Source: a virus
Lineage: Duplodnaviria > Caudoviricetes
Direction: 5' to 3' (one strand)
DNA length: 64,000 bases
Virus record (IMG/VR): IMGVR_UViG_3300010270_000394
Coordinates: 1 to 64,000 of that record
Shown in pieces: positions 48,630 to 62,147 of this stretch (within the stretch, counting starts at the first letter, position 1; every line of letters begins with the position of its first letter). The translations under genes were made by a program, and so were the position numbers. The notes below the pieces were generated by a model. That model ran no database searches and was not told where the DNA came from. It saw only the letters and a list, made by a program, of their open reading frames with translations.

Positions 48630-51600
48630 GAGGAAATTGCGCAATTTTCCGCATTTCTCCGTTCCAGCTTGCGGGATTTGAGTGTTTCACGCTGCTTCCA
48701 GAACGGATGATCCTCGTATTTCTGCAAGTGACGGCATTGCTTTCCAAGGCAACCGCGCATTTTCATTTCGTGCGCCGTCAAAACACCGTCATGCAAGGCG
48801 CAATAGGCAACCGCGCTTCTCGGCTTGCCGCCGTAAATTGTCTTATTCATCCGTTTATCCTTTCTCCTGTTCAGGATTTATTATAGCGCACGATCAATTT
48901 CATATCGCGGATTCCGGCGCTGCGGCTGTACCATTCTTTGCCGTTCATCCGGATCGCGTAGTTTGCTTTGATCTGGCATTTTTCCAGCGCCATGCGCCGC
49001 TCTTCCGGCGTGAGACGGCGCACCGTGATATTGTGGCACTTCATGTACTCTGTTTTATTTAGGTTCATGGGTTCAGCTCACCTTCCCAATAGGCATATTT
49101 CTTTCGTCCGATGCAATCAAAATCCAGCATGGACAAACTCGGAAGCTCGATGCCGCAACTCTCTTTGATCGCCGATTTCAACTTGCGATAGGAAACGTAT
49201 TCCGGCAAACCGCCGACCATTTCTCCGTTGATCGTCACATTCGCGTAATAGCTGCCGTCATGATCCTTGACAATCTCCACGCGATACGGCTTCCGAGCCG
49301 CTGCTTCTCTGTTCTGGCGCTGTTCCTGCTTCTGTTGATCCACGATTCCGAAAACTCCGGCGTTCGGATGCTCGGAAAGATGCTCATAAAGCGTCGTGCG
49401 CTTCGGATGATTGATCTTGTCGATTAAGCTGTTCATGATTTTTCCTCCATAATCTGTTCAACTTTTGTATTCGTTACATAAAAAGCTCCATCTTTTATAA
49501 TCTTTTCTTCGCCAAGAATACGCGCTTTCCGTTCTGTATTTGCCTTAACCTCAACAGTTTTATATCTGGACGCATCCATGTTGATCTCTGCTGTAACTCT
49601 CCACTTTTTAATATGATTTCTCATGCTATTTTCTCCATTTCTCTGAATCCATTGACATATTTTCCATTTTCACGCACTCTACTTAAACGTAATGCAGAAA
49701 TAATGCCTTCCGTATCATCGTCAAATGATCCGTCACGTTCCGCATACTGTTTAGCTTGCTCCGGAAAAACCGATCTGAGATTTTCTTGCTGTCGCTTTGC
49801 GTCAAAGTATTGCCATACGTCAAATGCCGGATTATCCGCAGTTTTTAGATAATCAATGAACGCATCACGGATAATTTGCGTGATTTTTACACCAGAATAA
49901 TACTTTTTCTCCGTTCCGGTATAATTAGACATAAACTGAATAACGGACTGCATCGCATTTTGTCCTTCAGGCTGTTTCAGTGCATAGATGATACCCAATG
50001 TCATATCATTCATTTTAATTCCTCCGTACAATTTTTCAGACATTGTTCTGCCTTTTCCTTCGCTGCCAACTCAAGCAAAGTATTCCGCGCATGATCCAGC
50101 TTTTGACCAAGCGGAGAATATGGCGTAACTTTCATCCGACGTTCCATGAGAATAGCGGCTGCAAATTCCAAATCCGTCAGATTTCCAAGTTCTTTTATCG
50201 TCCATCTATCCATTGTTTGATCCTCCTTCAGAAATTGAATTTGTTGTAAAGGTTCTGCAAAATTTCCAAAACCAAATGGACGTTCTGGCTCGTTTCTTCG
50301 TGGATCACAGCGCAAGCGTCCGTATCCATTGCGTCCAGCATTTCCATATAGGCATGGAATTTTCCAATGCTATGCTCCGCATTGAGTAAGCGCGTAACGC
50401 GCATTGTGCCGGTTTCAAACTTCCACTTCCGCGCCTCATTCAACGCATCCTTCGCGTAAAACCGGCATTTCTCCATGATCTGTTCTTTGTTCATGATTCA
50501 TTCCTCCACAAATTCATAACGCGGACTGTATAAGCTGCCTTCTCGTCTGATATAGTGTCTACGGCGTTTGAAAGTAATGTACTGCTTTGATCCGTCATCC
50601 TTTATCGGACAAACCTTGCGTATTTCTCCATCAGACACAAGTAATTTTCCGTAAGGAAAAATGCGTCTGTTTCCAAACATGGGAATGGTATAGTCGATGA
50701 TCTTTTCAATTTTCATTTCTATGTCCTCCGTCAGATTTCGACGTGTTCAAAATGTCCATCCGATCCCCAAAATGTCCAGCCGCTTTCCGTCTGATTTTCC
50801 ATCAGAATATTTCCGTCATAGTCTCCGACGTTTCCATGAATAGCTTCCAGATTAATCTTGTATTTCTTGATAAATTCCAACGCCGTCATTATCGTATCCT
50901 CCTATGCTGCGCGACAATCTCTAATGCAATTACTCAAATAAGAATACAAATAATCAAGATCGTCGCTGTAATTGTTCATTTTTCCGTTATGATAAGTAAA
51001 CCGTGATAGATTCTTCCATTTCTCCGGCAATTTCTCCGGTTTTTCCACTTTGATATATAACCAAATGTGCTTCATGCCGCGCTCGAATTTCTCAACTGAA
51101 ATGCGAAGTTTTCCACAATTCGTATCAATCCAATATGCACCATAATTATCTTTTTCTGCGTCATATCGCGTCGCTAATGCTTCTACGCGCTGACAAAAGC
51201 GGTCATATTCTGCTTTATAAACCATTGTTCCGTCCTCCTTTACACAACCGGCAAAAATGCCTCTTTTATGTCATAATGTTTCGTGACTTCTCCGTAGAAA
51301 TAGCCGTCTCCGCAAGCGCCGGTTTTTCCGCTTGACTTATAATATTTCTTTGGGATTTCTCCGCATTCAATCAACGCATTGAACGCTTCGTGAATCTCGC
51401 CACGCATTGATCCGCGCCGGAATGAAAACTCCGTCACAAACTCAATATCATTGTTCCGAATGCGAAAAATGTTTCCGTAAGTATCGTAACGCTTCGTTTT
51501 TCCTATTACATAAATGTATCTTTTCATTGTTCGTTCCCTGTCCTTTCCGGCAAGCTGCCAAATCTGCTTATTCTTACGAAATGATCTCCGCGCCGTTTAA

Positions 51601-53135
51601 CTTACTTGACGGCTGCGCGTAAATCGTCTGCTTCGTCTTTACGTCCTGAATGGTAAAGTTGACCGATCTTCCGTCCGCGCTTTGGATCACGTTTGTCACC
51701 ATATAGCAATCGCCATAGGCAAAACGCAAATAATCTCCTATTTTTACAAAACGCTTTGTATCTTTGTTCAGTTTCATTTCCAATCACCGTATTCAATCGT
51801 ATTGTTCGGATACTTGCGGTTGAATCTCCAAAACGTTGCCGGTCTTGCTCCTGCGTCATCCGTTGTAACGATCATTTTGTCATAGGAATTAAACAGACGA
51901 TTTGCAATCCTGCTTGCCTTCGCCTTGAGTCCGGCAAGTGTGTTTGCCTCGATCTGCTTTCCGTAAATCTCGCCGTAAAACATGGTTCAATCCTCCAATC
52001 TGCCGATTTCCTCAATCAGAATTCCGTCAAAGGGATATTTGCCAAACCATTCATTGAAACGATACAGAACGCCGTTTCTTGTCAACAAACGGTTGAATTC
52101 GATCCCTTCCCAAACAATGTCTTGATAGTTCTCCAAATCCAGAACGTTGACGCTCTTATATCCATATTGCGCCGCAATATCGAAAGCTGCCGGATTCTTT
52201 TTGCCGCTTCCGGCAAGAGACGTGATTTTTCCGGTTCTCTGAATGACTGCTTTCATGGTCTGATCCTCCCTAATGCGAATTGTAATAGTAGATTTCCGGT
52301 CTGCGTGATACGTTGTATATCCAGCTTCCGCAACGCACCAAAAGCGCGTCTTTTCCGTAAAACTGTTCGCGCATTCCCTGAACGCTGCCGGTGACGTGGA
52401 AACATGGGAAACATCCGTCCACTAATCGCTGATCCTTGACGTACAAGGTTTTTACTCTTCGCGTTCCGCGCATTGTTCCAGCCTCCTTAATACTCGATTT
52501 CAAACTTCCAGCAAAGAATTCTACCGATTGCAAGGCGAATATCATCTTCGTTATACGTTCCTTCGTCCATCCATCCGCTTGATTCTTCAACGTCGCTGCG
52601 GATCGTCAGGATAAATTCATCATGATCAAGCAATTTTCCAACATAGTCGCTGCTGATTGACTGATTCAAAATGTTCCGCACTTCTTCCTTGAAAATGTCC
52701 AAGTCAATATGCAAATCATTCATTTCACACTTGATAAAGGAATAGTTGTCGCAAGATAAACGCATTGTTCCTCTTTCTCCGTCATCGTTGACGGCTAACT
52801 TCCATTTACCGGATTCTGCATCAAGCGAAAATTCCTCTATGTTGTCCAGACGATAAAAGCTATCTGTATTCTTTTGGTAAAATTCTACGATCATTTGTCC
52901 GTCCTCCTTAATACAAGTCCTTCCATGCCTGAATGATCGCGTTTCTCCGCGCCTCGTTATCGTCTGTGTTTGTTCTGTACGTCTCGCCTTCTTCGCGGAA
53001 ATACGTTGTGATTTCTCCAATGAATCCATCATCCAGCTTCACGCGCATAAACGCGCTTGTTCCGTAAGTATGTTCACAAAGTTTCGTTGCCATTGCATCA
53101 GTCCTCCGTTTTGTTGTCTGGATTCTCCGGCGCGG

Positions 53136-54206
53136 TCAATCGACCGCTGCCGGATTCTCCATGTTCTCAAGCTGTATCTGTTCCGCTTCGTCCTCGCCGG
53201 ATTCTTCCGCATCATCCGCGCCGTCATCCGGCGTTTCCTCCGCAAGCTGGCGCATGATCCTCTGGCGCGTCTGGACGGCGTTCGGCTTCGCGCTGCCAAT
53301 CGTTACGCTTGTGTTGTAGTCCTCGTTCGTGGACGGTTCACCGGAAAAGAACGTTTCCAGAATGTCCTTGATCTCGTCGCGCGTCTTGCCGTTGTTCAAT
53401 GCCTCATAGATGAAATAGGCGCAAGAGACAAAATGCGTTCTCGTCGTGATTTTCTTGATCATCTTCTTGTCCGTCATTTCTCCGACAATCATCTTGAACG
53501 CCAAAAGCGCCGTTTCCAAATCGTCCATAACGCGCTGATCCACCGTGACTTCATTCGCCCATTCGCGGAAAGACTTTGTAGAGAAGTCCGGCTTTTCCTC
53601 CGTTGCCATGTGGTAAAGCTGCATTGCAATGACTTCATCCATAAAGCGCTTCTTTGCCGATTCCGTGACGGCGTTCTGGATCGCATCGTGCTTTGCAAGG
53701 TTCTGGAATTTTCCGATCTCCGGCGTATTCACGCGCGTCAACTCAATGCTCGAAAGCGGCTTGCCGTTGTTCAAGCGCCGGAAAAACTCTCTCACTTCCG
53801 ATTCCGTCATATCCTCGTAATAGTAGATAGTCAGGTTGTAGTCCTTGATCCGATCCTTCGCCCAATCCGGCAACTGTTCATAGTACAAACCGGTGAAATT
53901 ATTGCGGTTTCCGTCATCGTCGTAAACGTCCGGAATATCCAGCGAAAGCGCAAACTTTCCGCTCATGTACTCCATGATCGCGTTGCAACGCTGCTTGCCG
54001 TCCAGACTGTCATAAATGCCGTTCTCGTCTCGCGTGAAGTACATTGCCGGAATTGCGTAACCGTACATCATGGAATGGATCAAAAGACTTTTCCGCGAAA
54101 CGTCCCAAGTATAGCCGCGCTGTACGGCGTTATCAAAGTTCAGTTTCCCCTTCGTCATCTGATTGATCAACGCCTTCGCCGTCCAGTTAATATTAAATCT
54201 CTGCAT
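53136..54206 (-). CDS. DUF262 (GmrS/ParB-like) domain protein with acidic tail
   Basis: VQRGYTW, LDGKQR, FRRLNNGKPL. Confidence 0.85.
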   Translation of the reverse strand: MQRFNINWTAKALINQMTKGKLNFDNAVQRGYTWDVSRKSLLIHSMMYGYAIPAMYFTRDENGIYDSLDGKQRCNAIMEYMSGKFALSLDIPDVYDDDGNRNNFTGLYYEQLPDWAKDRIKDYNLTIYYYEDMTESEVREFFRRLNNGKPLSSIELTRVNTPEIGKFQNLAKHDAIQNAVTESAKKRFMDEVIAMQLYHMATEEKPDFSTKSFREWANEVTVDQRVMDDLETALLAFKMIVGEMTDKKMIKKITTRTHFVSCAYFIYEALNNGKTRDEIKDILETFFSGEPSTNEDYNTSVTIGSAKPNAVQTRQRIMRQLAEETPDDGADDAEESGEDEAEQIQLENMENPAAVD

Positions 54207-55194
54207 TGTAATTTCTCCTTTTCGTTGTAATTGTTGTTGTGGTTTCCTGATTCTTCCGTTACGCTGCCGGCAATGCCGCAAAGAGCGGTTCTCCGGTTTT
54301 CCGATCCTGCAACTCGTAAATATCGCCGTCAAACACAACCTTGCATTTGCCGCGCTTGCAACTGATCCCAAGGCGCTTTAATGCGTTCAGAAACGCGCGT
54401 TTGTGATTCTCCGATCCGGTCTTAAAATCTCCGATATGATACGATTCATTCCACGTCCAGCCTTCTTCGCTGTTCCATGCGTCGATCTGTCTGATCTCAT
54501 ACTTGAATTTATCCATTGTTTCAATGCTCCTTCCATTATTTCATCCGGTTTTTAACAAATGCAATTCTCGTGAAACTCTCGCAAGAGTCCATAGCGCCGT
54601 CCGATCCGCTCAAAGTAGGATTGCCAATCCGCTAATTCTTCGTAACTGTAATTGTGGTTTTCAAAATCAGCTTGCCAATCAATAGCCTTCTGTCGCGCGG
54701 TTTCCTTGTGCCGCTGATAGTTGCTCATTTTTCCATGCCATCCTTCCTGAATAAATCGCTAAACGATTCCGCTTTCAATGCCTCTTGCGCGTCCTCCGTC
54801 ATTTCGATATATTCCTTGATATAGTACATACAACTTTCAAAGTTTGCGAATTCTTCCAAAGTTGAGTCCACAAAACCGGTATAACCTTTAATCCGGAAAC
54901 AAACTTCAAACGGATTCTTTTTTCGCTTATGACATTTCACAATGATCTTGAATTTTCCAAAATCCAGCATTGCAACCGTTTTCATGCTCCGTCATTCTCC
55001 CTTCATGCTTTCGCAAATCTTTGTGTTTAGGCGCTGCAATTCTCCGATATAGTCTCTGATCGCGTCAATAGACTTCCGATCCGCAATCAGCTTTTGCGCC
55101 TGATAGCAACCTTCCAGCGCCTTCAAAATGCAATCGCTCATAAGATGCTTTTCATGCTCCGAAAACACAACCATTTTTCCATACTTCCTTTCGC

Positions 55195-55944
55195 TCATGC
55201 CGTCCGGTAACTGTAAATTGTCTGCGTTGATACGTTGTCGATCATTTCAAGCTGCGTTTCCTCCGGTTCGATTCCAGCCCATTCACAAACGATCCTTTTA
55301 TAATCGTCATCGTTCCGCGCTTCCGAATCCGCTACAATATATCCATAGCAACGATCTGTTTCCGTATATGTTGCTTCTTCGTCCTCGTCCTCCGGCGCTG
55401 CGTAATTCTCAATATCAATCACGCAAAATTCTTTCGCGCAACCTAACCACACTTCGCCGTACTGCTTTACGCCGTCTCTGTAATGCTCCGGACAATAAAC
55501 CATTTCTACATAATCGCCTTGACAATAACCGCTTGCGCTGTCTGCTTTCCAGATAACGCCGGTTTTGATCGTCAGGAATTCCGCAATATCGTCTGTATGG
55601 TTTACGTCCGCATTCTTTGACCATTCCTTCAGCAAATGGCACTTGCGGCTATTATAGGGAATTCCGGCTTCCGTCATAACGTCTTTATAACCGATCCGTT
55701 TTCCGTCATAGTCCACGATCCCTTCCGCAACATCCGCGAATCCGTCAAGAATCGTTTCCGCTTGTCTCTGGATCGCTTTGTACGTTTCAATATTAAAGCC
55801 GCTGATTCTTCCCCAACCGTCATTTGAAATAATGAAAAGGTTGTTGTTCCAATCTCCGCTTGCTTCCGTCAAGCCGTCATTGTCAAAATAAAATTCAAAG
55901 TCGCATTGATCCGGCGCAATCTCTCTAATGATATGGTTGATCAT
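55195..55944 (-). CDS. Acidic hypothetical protein
   Basis: 249 aa ORF, AAGGAG RBS, SGYCQGDY motif. Confidence 0.7.
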   Translation of the reverse strand: MINHIIREIAPDQCDFEFYFDNDGLTEASGDWNNNLFIISNDGWGRISGFNIETYKAIQRQAETILDGFADVAEGIVDYDGKRIGYKDVMTEAGIPYNSRKCHLLKEWSKNADVNHTDDIAEFLTIKTGVIWKADSASGYCQGDYVEMVYCPEHYRDGVKQYGEVWLGCAKEFCVIDIENYAAPEDEDEEATYTETDRCYGYIVADSEARNDDDYKRIVCEWAGIEPEETQLEMIDNVSTQTIYSYRTA

Positions 55945-58900
55945 TTTTCTGTTCTCCTTCCTTAACCGTAAAATTTCCAGACTTCAAAACAAGCCGTTAT
56001 TTCATCAATGACCGGATCAAGAATGCCGTCCGGCGCTTTGTGGTAACGCTTCATCCATGCTGCATAATCCGCGCAACGGTCAAGCGGCAATTCCGGCGTT
56101 TGTCCGTTCCTGATTCTTTCGCATGAACGCTTGATTTGTGCAAGCCGCTTTTCCGTTGTCATTGGTTGCCGCTCCTTCCTCTATGCGCCGTTTCGCGCCG
56201 TCTGTACTGCGTTTTTGAACGCTGTATAATTTTCGTCCGTTTCATCTGCTATGCGTTCTTCCGCTGCGTCAATCTCTGCAAGGATCGCTTTTGAAAGTCT
56301 CTTGCAACGTCTGATTGTTTGTCCGCTTGTCCATGAGTTGATATATACTTCGCGGATCACAAAGTTATAATGTGTTTCGTCCGGCGCAATCAATACGCAA
56401 TCGCCATTGCCTAATGTGCCTTCCGCAAGCTGCTTTAACTCATATCCAGCTTGCAAACATTCATTGATCAATTCTGTCGTTCCGGCAATATCATAAATAT
56501 TTGTAACGCGCCGTTTTCCGCTCAACATTTCCTTAACTGTACTTTCATATCGTTGATCAATTACTTTAATCTTTGCCATTTGTCGCGCCGTCCTTCCTCT
56601 GTTTTGTAATTGTTGTTATGTCCGTTTTGATCCTCTGTTGTGCCGCTGCTGATACACTAGCACAATATAACAACAATTACAAGTAGCTTTCGCAAATTTC
56701 TGTATTCGCCGTTTTGATGTTTTTTCCAGAATGGATTATTATTTGTAATTGTTGTTATGCGTCGAAAACTTCCAGCGCCAAAACAGACAAGCCCAACAAA
56801 AGCAAGTTGACGCAAGCCCAAATAATAGCCGTCCAGAATTCCGCGCCGGTTGTACTCTGTTCGGCTGCGCCTATATTGCCGATCATCAGGACGAAAAACA
56901 AAGGGATCATATATCCGGCAATCGTCCGCGCCGTTTTTAAAAGTTTCATGTTGTGCCGTCCTTCCTATATCATAGCAATTAGGGAAAATTCCAGCTTGCT
57001 AATTGTTCTATATTTCGGATCGCGCCAATTTGCCAAATCTACGCGCCATTGTTTCAGAATTCCGCAAAGGATCACAACGACTTCCGCAAGCTGCAATACG
57101 CCGTTTTCTATGTCCTCTAAATATAGGTTATATTCGCCGTTTGGATCATTGCGCTGCATGAATGCAAGCGCCTTCTGTAATGTCTGTTTGTCCTGATTTG
57201 TCATTATCCGCGCCTCTTTTCTAGTCAATTTTCCGGCGCTTTGCCGTCCGTCCAGCGTTCAAAATGCTTGTTGTGCTGCACAACCGCGCCATAAAGAAAA
57301 CCGGCGCAATAATCCGCATTTTCGCAAAACTGAATATAACTTGATGTGAATTCTTCCGGCTTTACGTCCGGATCACGAAAAATCAAAATTGCGCCGTCTT
57401 GCGTCTTATAAAACGCCGGATCAAAAAAGTTTGCCTTGAATGCGTCAAGATACTTTTCAATTCTTGCCGCTTCCGTTGCCGTAAATTTGCGGCTATCGTT
57501 CATAACGATCATTTATAAAACCGTCCTTCCGTCATTTTTTCAGAATGCCGCACAACCGCATTTTTCGCGCCGTCAAGCGCTTGATTTGCCGCGCCGGTAT
57601 TCTGTACGCCGTCAAGCTGCAAGCCGTCCAGCGCGGCAAATTACGCCGTTCTTATGCGGTCAAATCGTCAACTTCTCTAAAGCCGTTCTTTTCTAACTGT
57701 TTCCGCAATTCGTCATAGTCGCGGCTTTTAATTTCGATCCCTTCCGTTATCATGTGTGGATCAAGTCTTGTATACGTCCGGTTGTCCGTATCGACTGCAA
57801 TATATTTTCTATTTCCGTTGACGTTTCGCGCCGTCTTAAACTGCATAATCATAAAATCAACCTTCCTTCCATTCATCAAGAAATTGTTTTGTAATATCCG
57901 TTTCTTTGTATCCGTTGTTATGCGCTGCAAGCGCAATTATTTTTGATACTGTATAGCCATTTTTCCGCGCCGTTTTCATGCCGCGCAACGCAAGCGCGTT
58001 TAATTCGATTGCATGAAATAGCAACTTTTCCGCGCCGTCTTTCATTCCGTAGACTTTCGCAAGGTTGTATTGTCCGCGAACGTTTAACAATTTTTCCATG
58101 CTGCAACCGTCCTTCCGTCAAGCTACGCCGTCTTTCCGGATCGCGTCAAGCAACTTTTCAACTTCCGATTTGACCGGATCAAGAACGGAATAATCACAAC
58201 CGTATTTTGCAAGGTACTTTTTCAGTTGTTCGGAAGTCGCGCGATATTCCGCGCCGTATTCGTTTTCAAGCGCCGTATTTGCAAAATCAAGAAAAGCATT
58301 CCAAATAATAGCATTCAAAGAACGGCGCTTATAATTTGCGGCAATATCGCGCAAAATGGACTTTTTGCCGCTTCCGCGATTATGCCTATATACAATATCA
58401 AACTGCATATAAATTTGATCGTTCAAATAGTCCGCATTCAACTTCATGTTTCCAGTATTCAAAAAGTAGCTATCCAGCGCGTTAAAAGTGTAATTCTGAT
58501 TAGTCATTGCAATATGCCTTCCCTTCTTAAATATAGCCGTATTTCATCCAGCGCCGCGCAAGTTTCCGCGCGTCTTTGATCGTATCAGCGCCGCAAATTT
58601 GCACATATGCGCCGTAAAAATCGTTATAGTATAACAAGCTATACTTTGCGTTAAAACCGTTGCGCGGCTTGAGATTAAGCGCGAATTTTACGCCGTCAAT
58701 TGTGAATTCTCTACTACTCATTTTTACGCCGTCCTTCCGTCCATTGCGAAACGTGCGCCAAAACTGAAATAAACGTTTTTCTTGCTAATTTCAACCGGAT
58801 CAAGATATTTCAGGTTTAACCGCTGCACTTCGACTTCGCGCAATGTGTATAACTCATTTGCTATATAAATATCGCCGTTGTGAATTTTTAGATTTTTATA

Positions 58901-61178
58901 TTTATTGTCCGCTTCAGGTTTAACGCGATAATATAACATTTTTAACGCCGTCCTTCCCTTTACATTTTGTTTCAAGCTGCTATTCTGTTTTGCCGTTGTT
59001 TTGCGGTTTATCCGGCGCGGCTTGCTATCATTTCCGGCGCTATTGTACCGGCGTAACAAGCCGCGCGGATCACGTCTTGATCAAGCTGCATTTTCGCCGG
59101 TAACTTCGGCAATAAACGCGCGGATCAATGCGGACAACTCTTCTTTTGCTTCCGTCCAGCTTGTTTTATTTTCAAGAATCTTTTCCGCGCGTTTATCGTA
59201 TTTCTTGCACGTTTCATAATCCGGCTTGATATTGCCAATAGGCGCATAACCGGTACAAATGGCAACATTGTCAAAAGCGTAAACGTCATATTTCCAGCCT
59301 TCAACGCGCGTATTATACGCAACCGCTTCTTCACATTTCAAAAGAAACTGCAAGTTTGCATATCCTACTTTGATAATCTTGTTATATCCGGCGCGGATCG
59401 CTTTATCAGTCGTTTTATATTTCATTGTTTTATACCTTCCTTTTCAAATATTTGTAATTGTGGTTATGTTGCGCGGTTAATCGGTTGTATCAACTTCGCC
59501 GGTTATCATCATTGTTTTAATTCCGGTTAATTCATTTTGCAAGTAGCGGATCGCATAACGTTCTAATTGATCAAGCTCTTTTTTAGTGTATTGCTTGAAA
59601 TTGTACGCCGCGCGGCAATAATCTTTTATATAACTATAATCATAAGAGAATAAAAACCGGTTGACGTTCTCTTCGCAATACTCATAAACTTTTTTAATTT
59701 CTTGCGACTTTGCAAAATGTTCGTTTTTGTGGTTAACGGTTGCGTTGATCGCTTTTGTTTGCCGGATCGCTTCATTAACGGCGCTGCTGCTATAAATTGC
59801 GCGTTCAATTTGCATTTTGTTTCACCTTCCTTTAGTGGTATTTTGTCAAGTCAAGTATTTGATTTTTCAGGAATTTTCTAAAAACCGTGATACAATCTTC
59901 CGGATAAAAATTTTCTTGCGTAAAGTAGTAGCTTGTTATGATCGAAAGAATACTATTATAAATTGCCGGTGGAATTGCGGCTTGCTTGCTTGCGTCTTTC
60001 TTCATTGTTTCAAGTGCCGTTTGATAGCTGATTAAAACTTCGCCGTTTTGCGGATTATCGACCTCAATAAAATTTTCGTTGCCGTAACTAATACCATGTT
60101 CAACGCCTTGATCATCATTCACAATATAGCCGATATTTTCGGGGATATAATCAATTATTGCGTATTTCTTGCCTTTTGTGAAATAGTCGGAATTTTCGAT
60201 TGCTACTAAATACTTCATTGCGCTGCACCTTCCTTTACTTGTTTTTGTTGTTATGGAATAGCGCTTTTTTGCTAGAAAAAACGCTTTAGAAAAAACTGTT
60301 ATCACGGCGAAGGACTGATAACTACCCGTTGTTGTACTATACGCGCCAACAACCGCGCGCCGTTGTTTTGTTGTTACTGATACACTAGCACAACATAACA
60401 AGAATTACAAGTATTTTTTGCAAATTTGTTTATGAAGGAAATTAAACTATTTTGCGGAATGGATTAATTTTTGTAATTGTTGTTATTTGCTATTATATAT
60501 GTATATCAATGGCGCGAAAAAGAAAACGAAAAACGATTGACAATTAACTGTTATTTTTGGGCTGGACAAATCAACAGCGCCGCACAAATAAGCGCCGCGC
60601 CGCGCTGGACAAATTGAACGCCGGAAGGCAAGTTGTTATGATCCGCGCGGCTTTTGCGGTTATTTTTGGTTGCGTTGCAGCTTGAAGCGGTTATGATCCG
60701 CGCCGTTTGTTTTGTTCGGTTTTTGTGGTTTACAGAACAAAAGCCGCTTTTGCAAGGAATTTTTGCCGCGCGTCGATCCTATCGGAATTGATCGCGCCGC
60801 GCCTTGATCCGGTACTTGATCCGCGCCATATATGCCGGTATGGTTTACATTTTGCGCCGGTGGATTTTTCGCGCCGCGCTTAAAGTACATCTACTCAAAA
60901 CATACACCAGCCCACCAATCCAGTCTCCCGCCCACCATTCTCCCGCAGCTCCACACACTCTCCCAATGCTCCCTCCCCCATCGCCGTCCACATCGCAGAA
61001 CTCCCCTCTTTCAAACCACTATCCAGATTTCATCAAACGGCAGCATCCCATGCTCCACCGTATCACTCCGCAGATCACCAGCCAACAAAATGACCTTTTA
61101 CCAGCGTCTTTGTCGTGTTTGCTGTCGATGACAGACAAAACACGGGTAATTCTCCATAAGTAAAATTACAAATTTATC

Positions 61179-61207
61179 TTGACAGCGCGAAAAAATTTTG
61201 TTATAAT
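61179..61207 (+). promoter_or_regulatory. Consensus sigma-A promoter of the recombinase operon
   Basis: TTGACA-17-TATAAT; motif copy at 61266-61281. Confidence 0.85.
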
Positions 61208-61287
61208 GAGCATAGCGAAAATACCTGTGGAGTGGTTCTTTTTGTTGATTTCGCTGCCGTCGTTTATAACAAGAATTACAACTTACT

Positions 61288-62136
61288 ATGGAGGTAAGCA
61301 CGATGAATACAAATACTGCGAAGAACTATAACGAGGTTCAGGTCAATATTGCGCCGTGGTTGGAGTCCTTTATGCGGCGGCAGACGGGGGATGGGTTTGC
61401 ATTTCATACCGACGACGGACAGTTCCAAATGGGGCTAAATCAAACCAGTGTCGGTAATACTGCCGCAGAGACACAACTTAAAGTTGCGCCGCCTATTATG
61501 GACGTACAGTATCAGCAGGGGCAGAAAAAGACGCATAATCCAACTGATCCTATTTACTCACTGGAAGATGTGGAGCGGTTCAAGGAATACTTTCTCAGCC
61601 GCAAGGGACATAAAAACAATAACATCCGCGACTATGCGTACTTTGTGTTCTCTCTTAATGTGTCGCGCCGTGCGGGGGATATTCTGGCGCTCCATGTGTA
61701 TGATGTTCTAAATCCGGACGGATCGTTCAAGAGCCATGTTGTGTTTGACCATGAACAGAAAACCGGCAAGAAGGCGACGGTGCTGATCAACAGCAAGGCG
61801 CGGGATGCGTTGGCGATGTATTTCAACGCTTGGGGCAACTACCGGATGTCTGATTGGCTGTTTCCGAAGTCGAATAACAAAACAGAGCCGCAGACGGTGG
61901 ACGGTATGAGAAGAATGCTCCAACGTGCGGCAGCGGCGCTTTGTGTGGATATGCACATGGGAACTCACTCGCTGCGCAAGACAAATCCATACCACATTAT
62001 CAGTCAGAGTACAGATACCGAGGACGAGGTAATGGTGTCGCAGTTCTTGAACCATAGTAATATCAAGACGACGTACCACTATATTAACCGCAGTCAGAAC
62101 GAAATGGATCAGTTCGTAGAGACGCACGGGCTGTAA
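61288..62136 (+). CDS. Tyrosine recombinase (catalytic-domain type)
   Basis: RAGDIL, EQKTGK, HSLRKT, LNHS, TYHY catalytic residues intact. Confidence 0.92.
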   Translation: MEVSTMNTNTAKNYNEVQVNIAPWLESFMRRQTGDGFAFHTDDGQFQMGLNQTSVGNTAAETQLKVAPPIMDVQYQQGQKKTHNPTDPIYSLEDVERFKEYFLSRKGHKNNNIRDYAYFVFSLNVSRRAGDILALHVYDVLNPDGSFKSHVVFDHEQKTGKKATVLINSKARDALAMYFNAWGNYRMSDWLFPKSNNKTEPQTVDGMRRMLQRAAAALCVDMHMGTHSLRKTNPYHIISQSTDTEDEVMVSQFLNHSNIKTTYHYINRSQNEMDQFVETHGL

Positions 62137-62147
62137 GGAGGGCGAAT

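Larger units (their letters stand above)
48031..60401 (-). other. Array of ~35 short co-oriented early/accessory ORFs (e.g. 49065-49436, 49621-50043, 50228-50494, 50902-51225, 51240-51527, 51987-52256, 54259-54516, 56181-56579, 57225-57512, 58118-58507, 59081-59425, 59477-59815)
   Basis: Head-to-tail minus-strand ORFs, most with a clear RBS; no family recognised for most. Confidence 0.7.
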
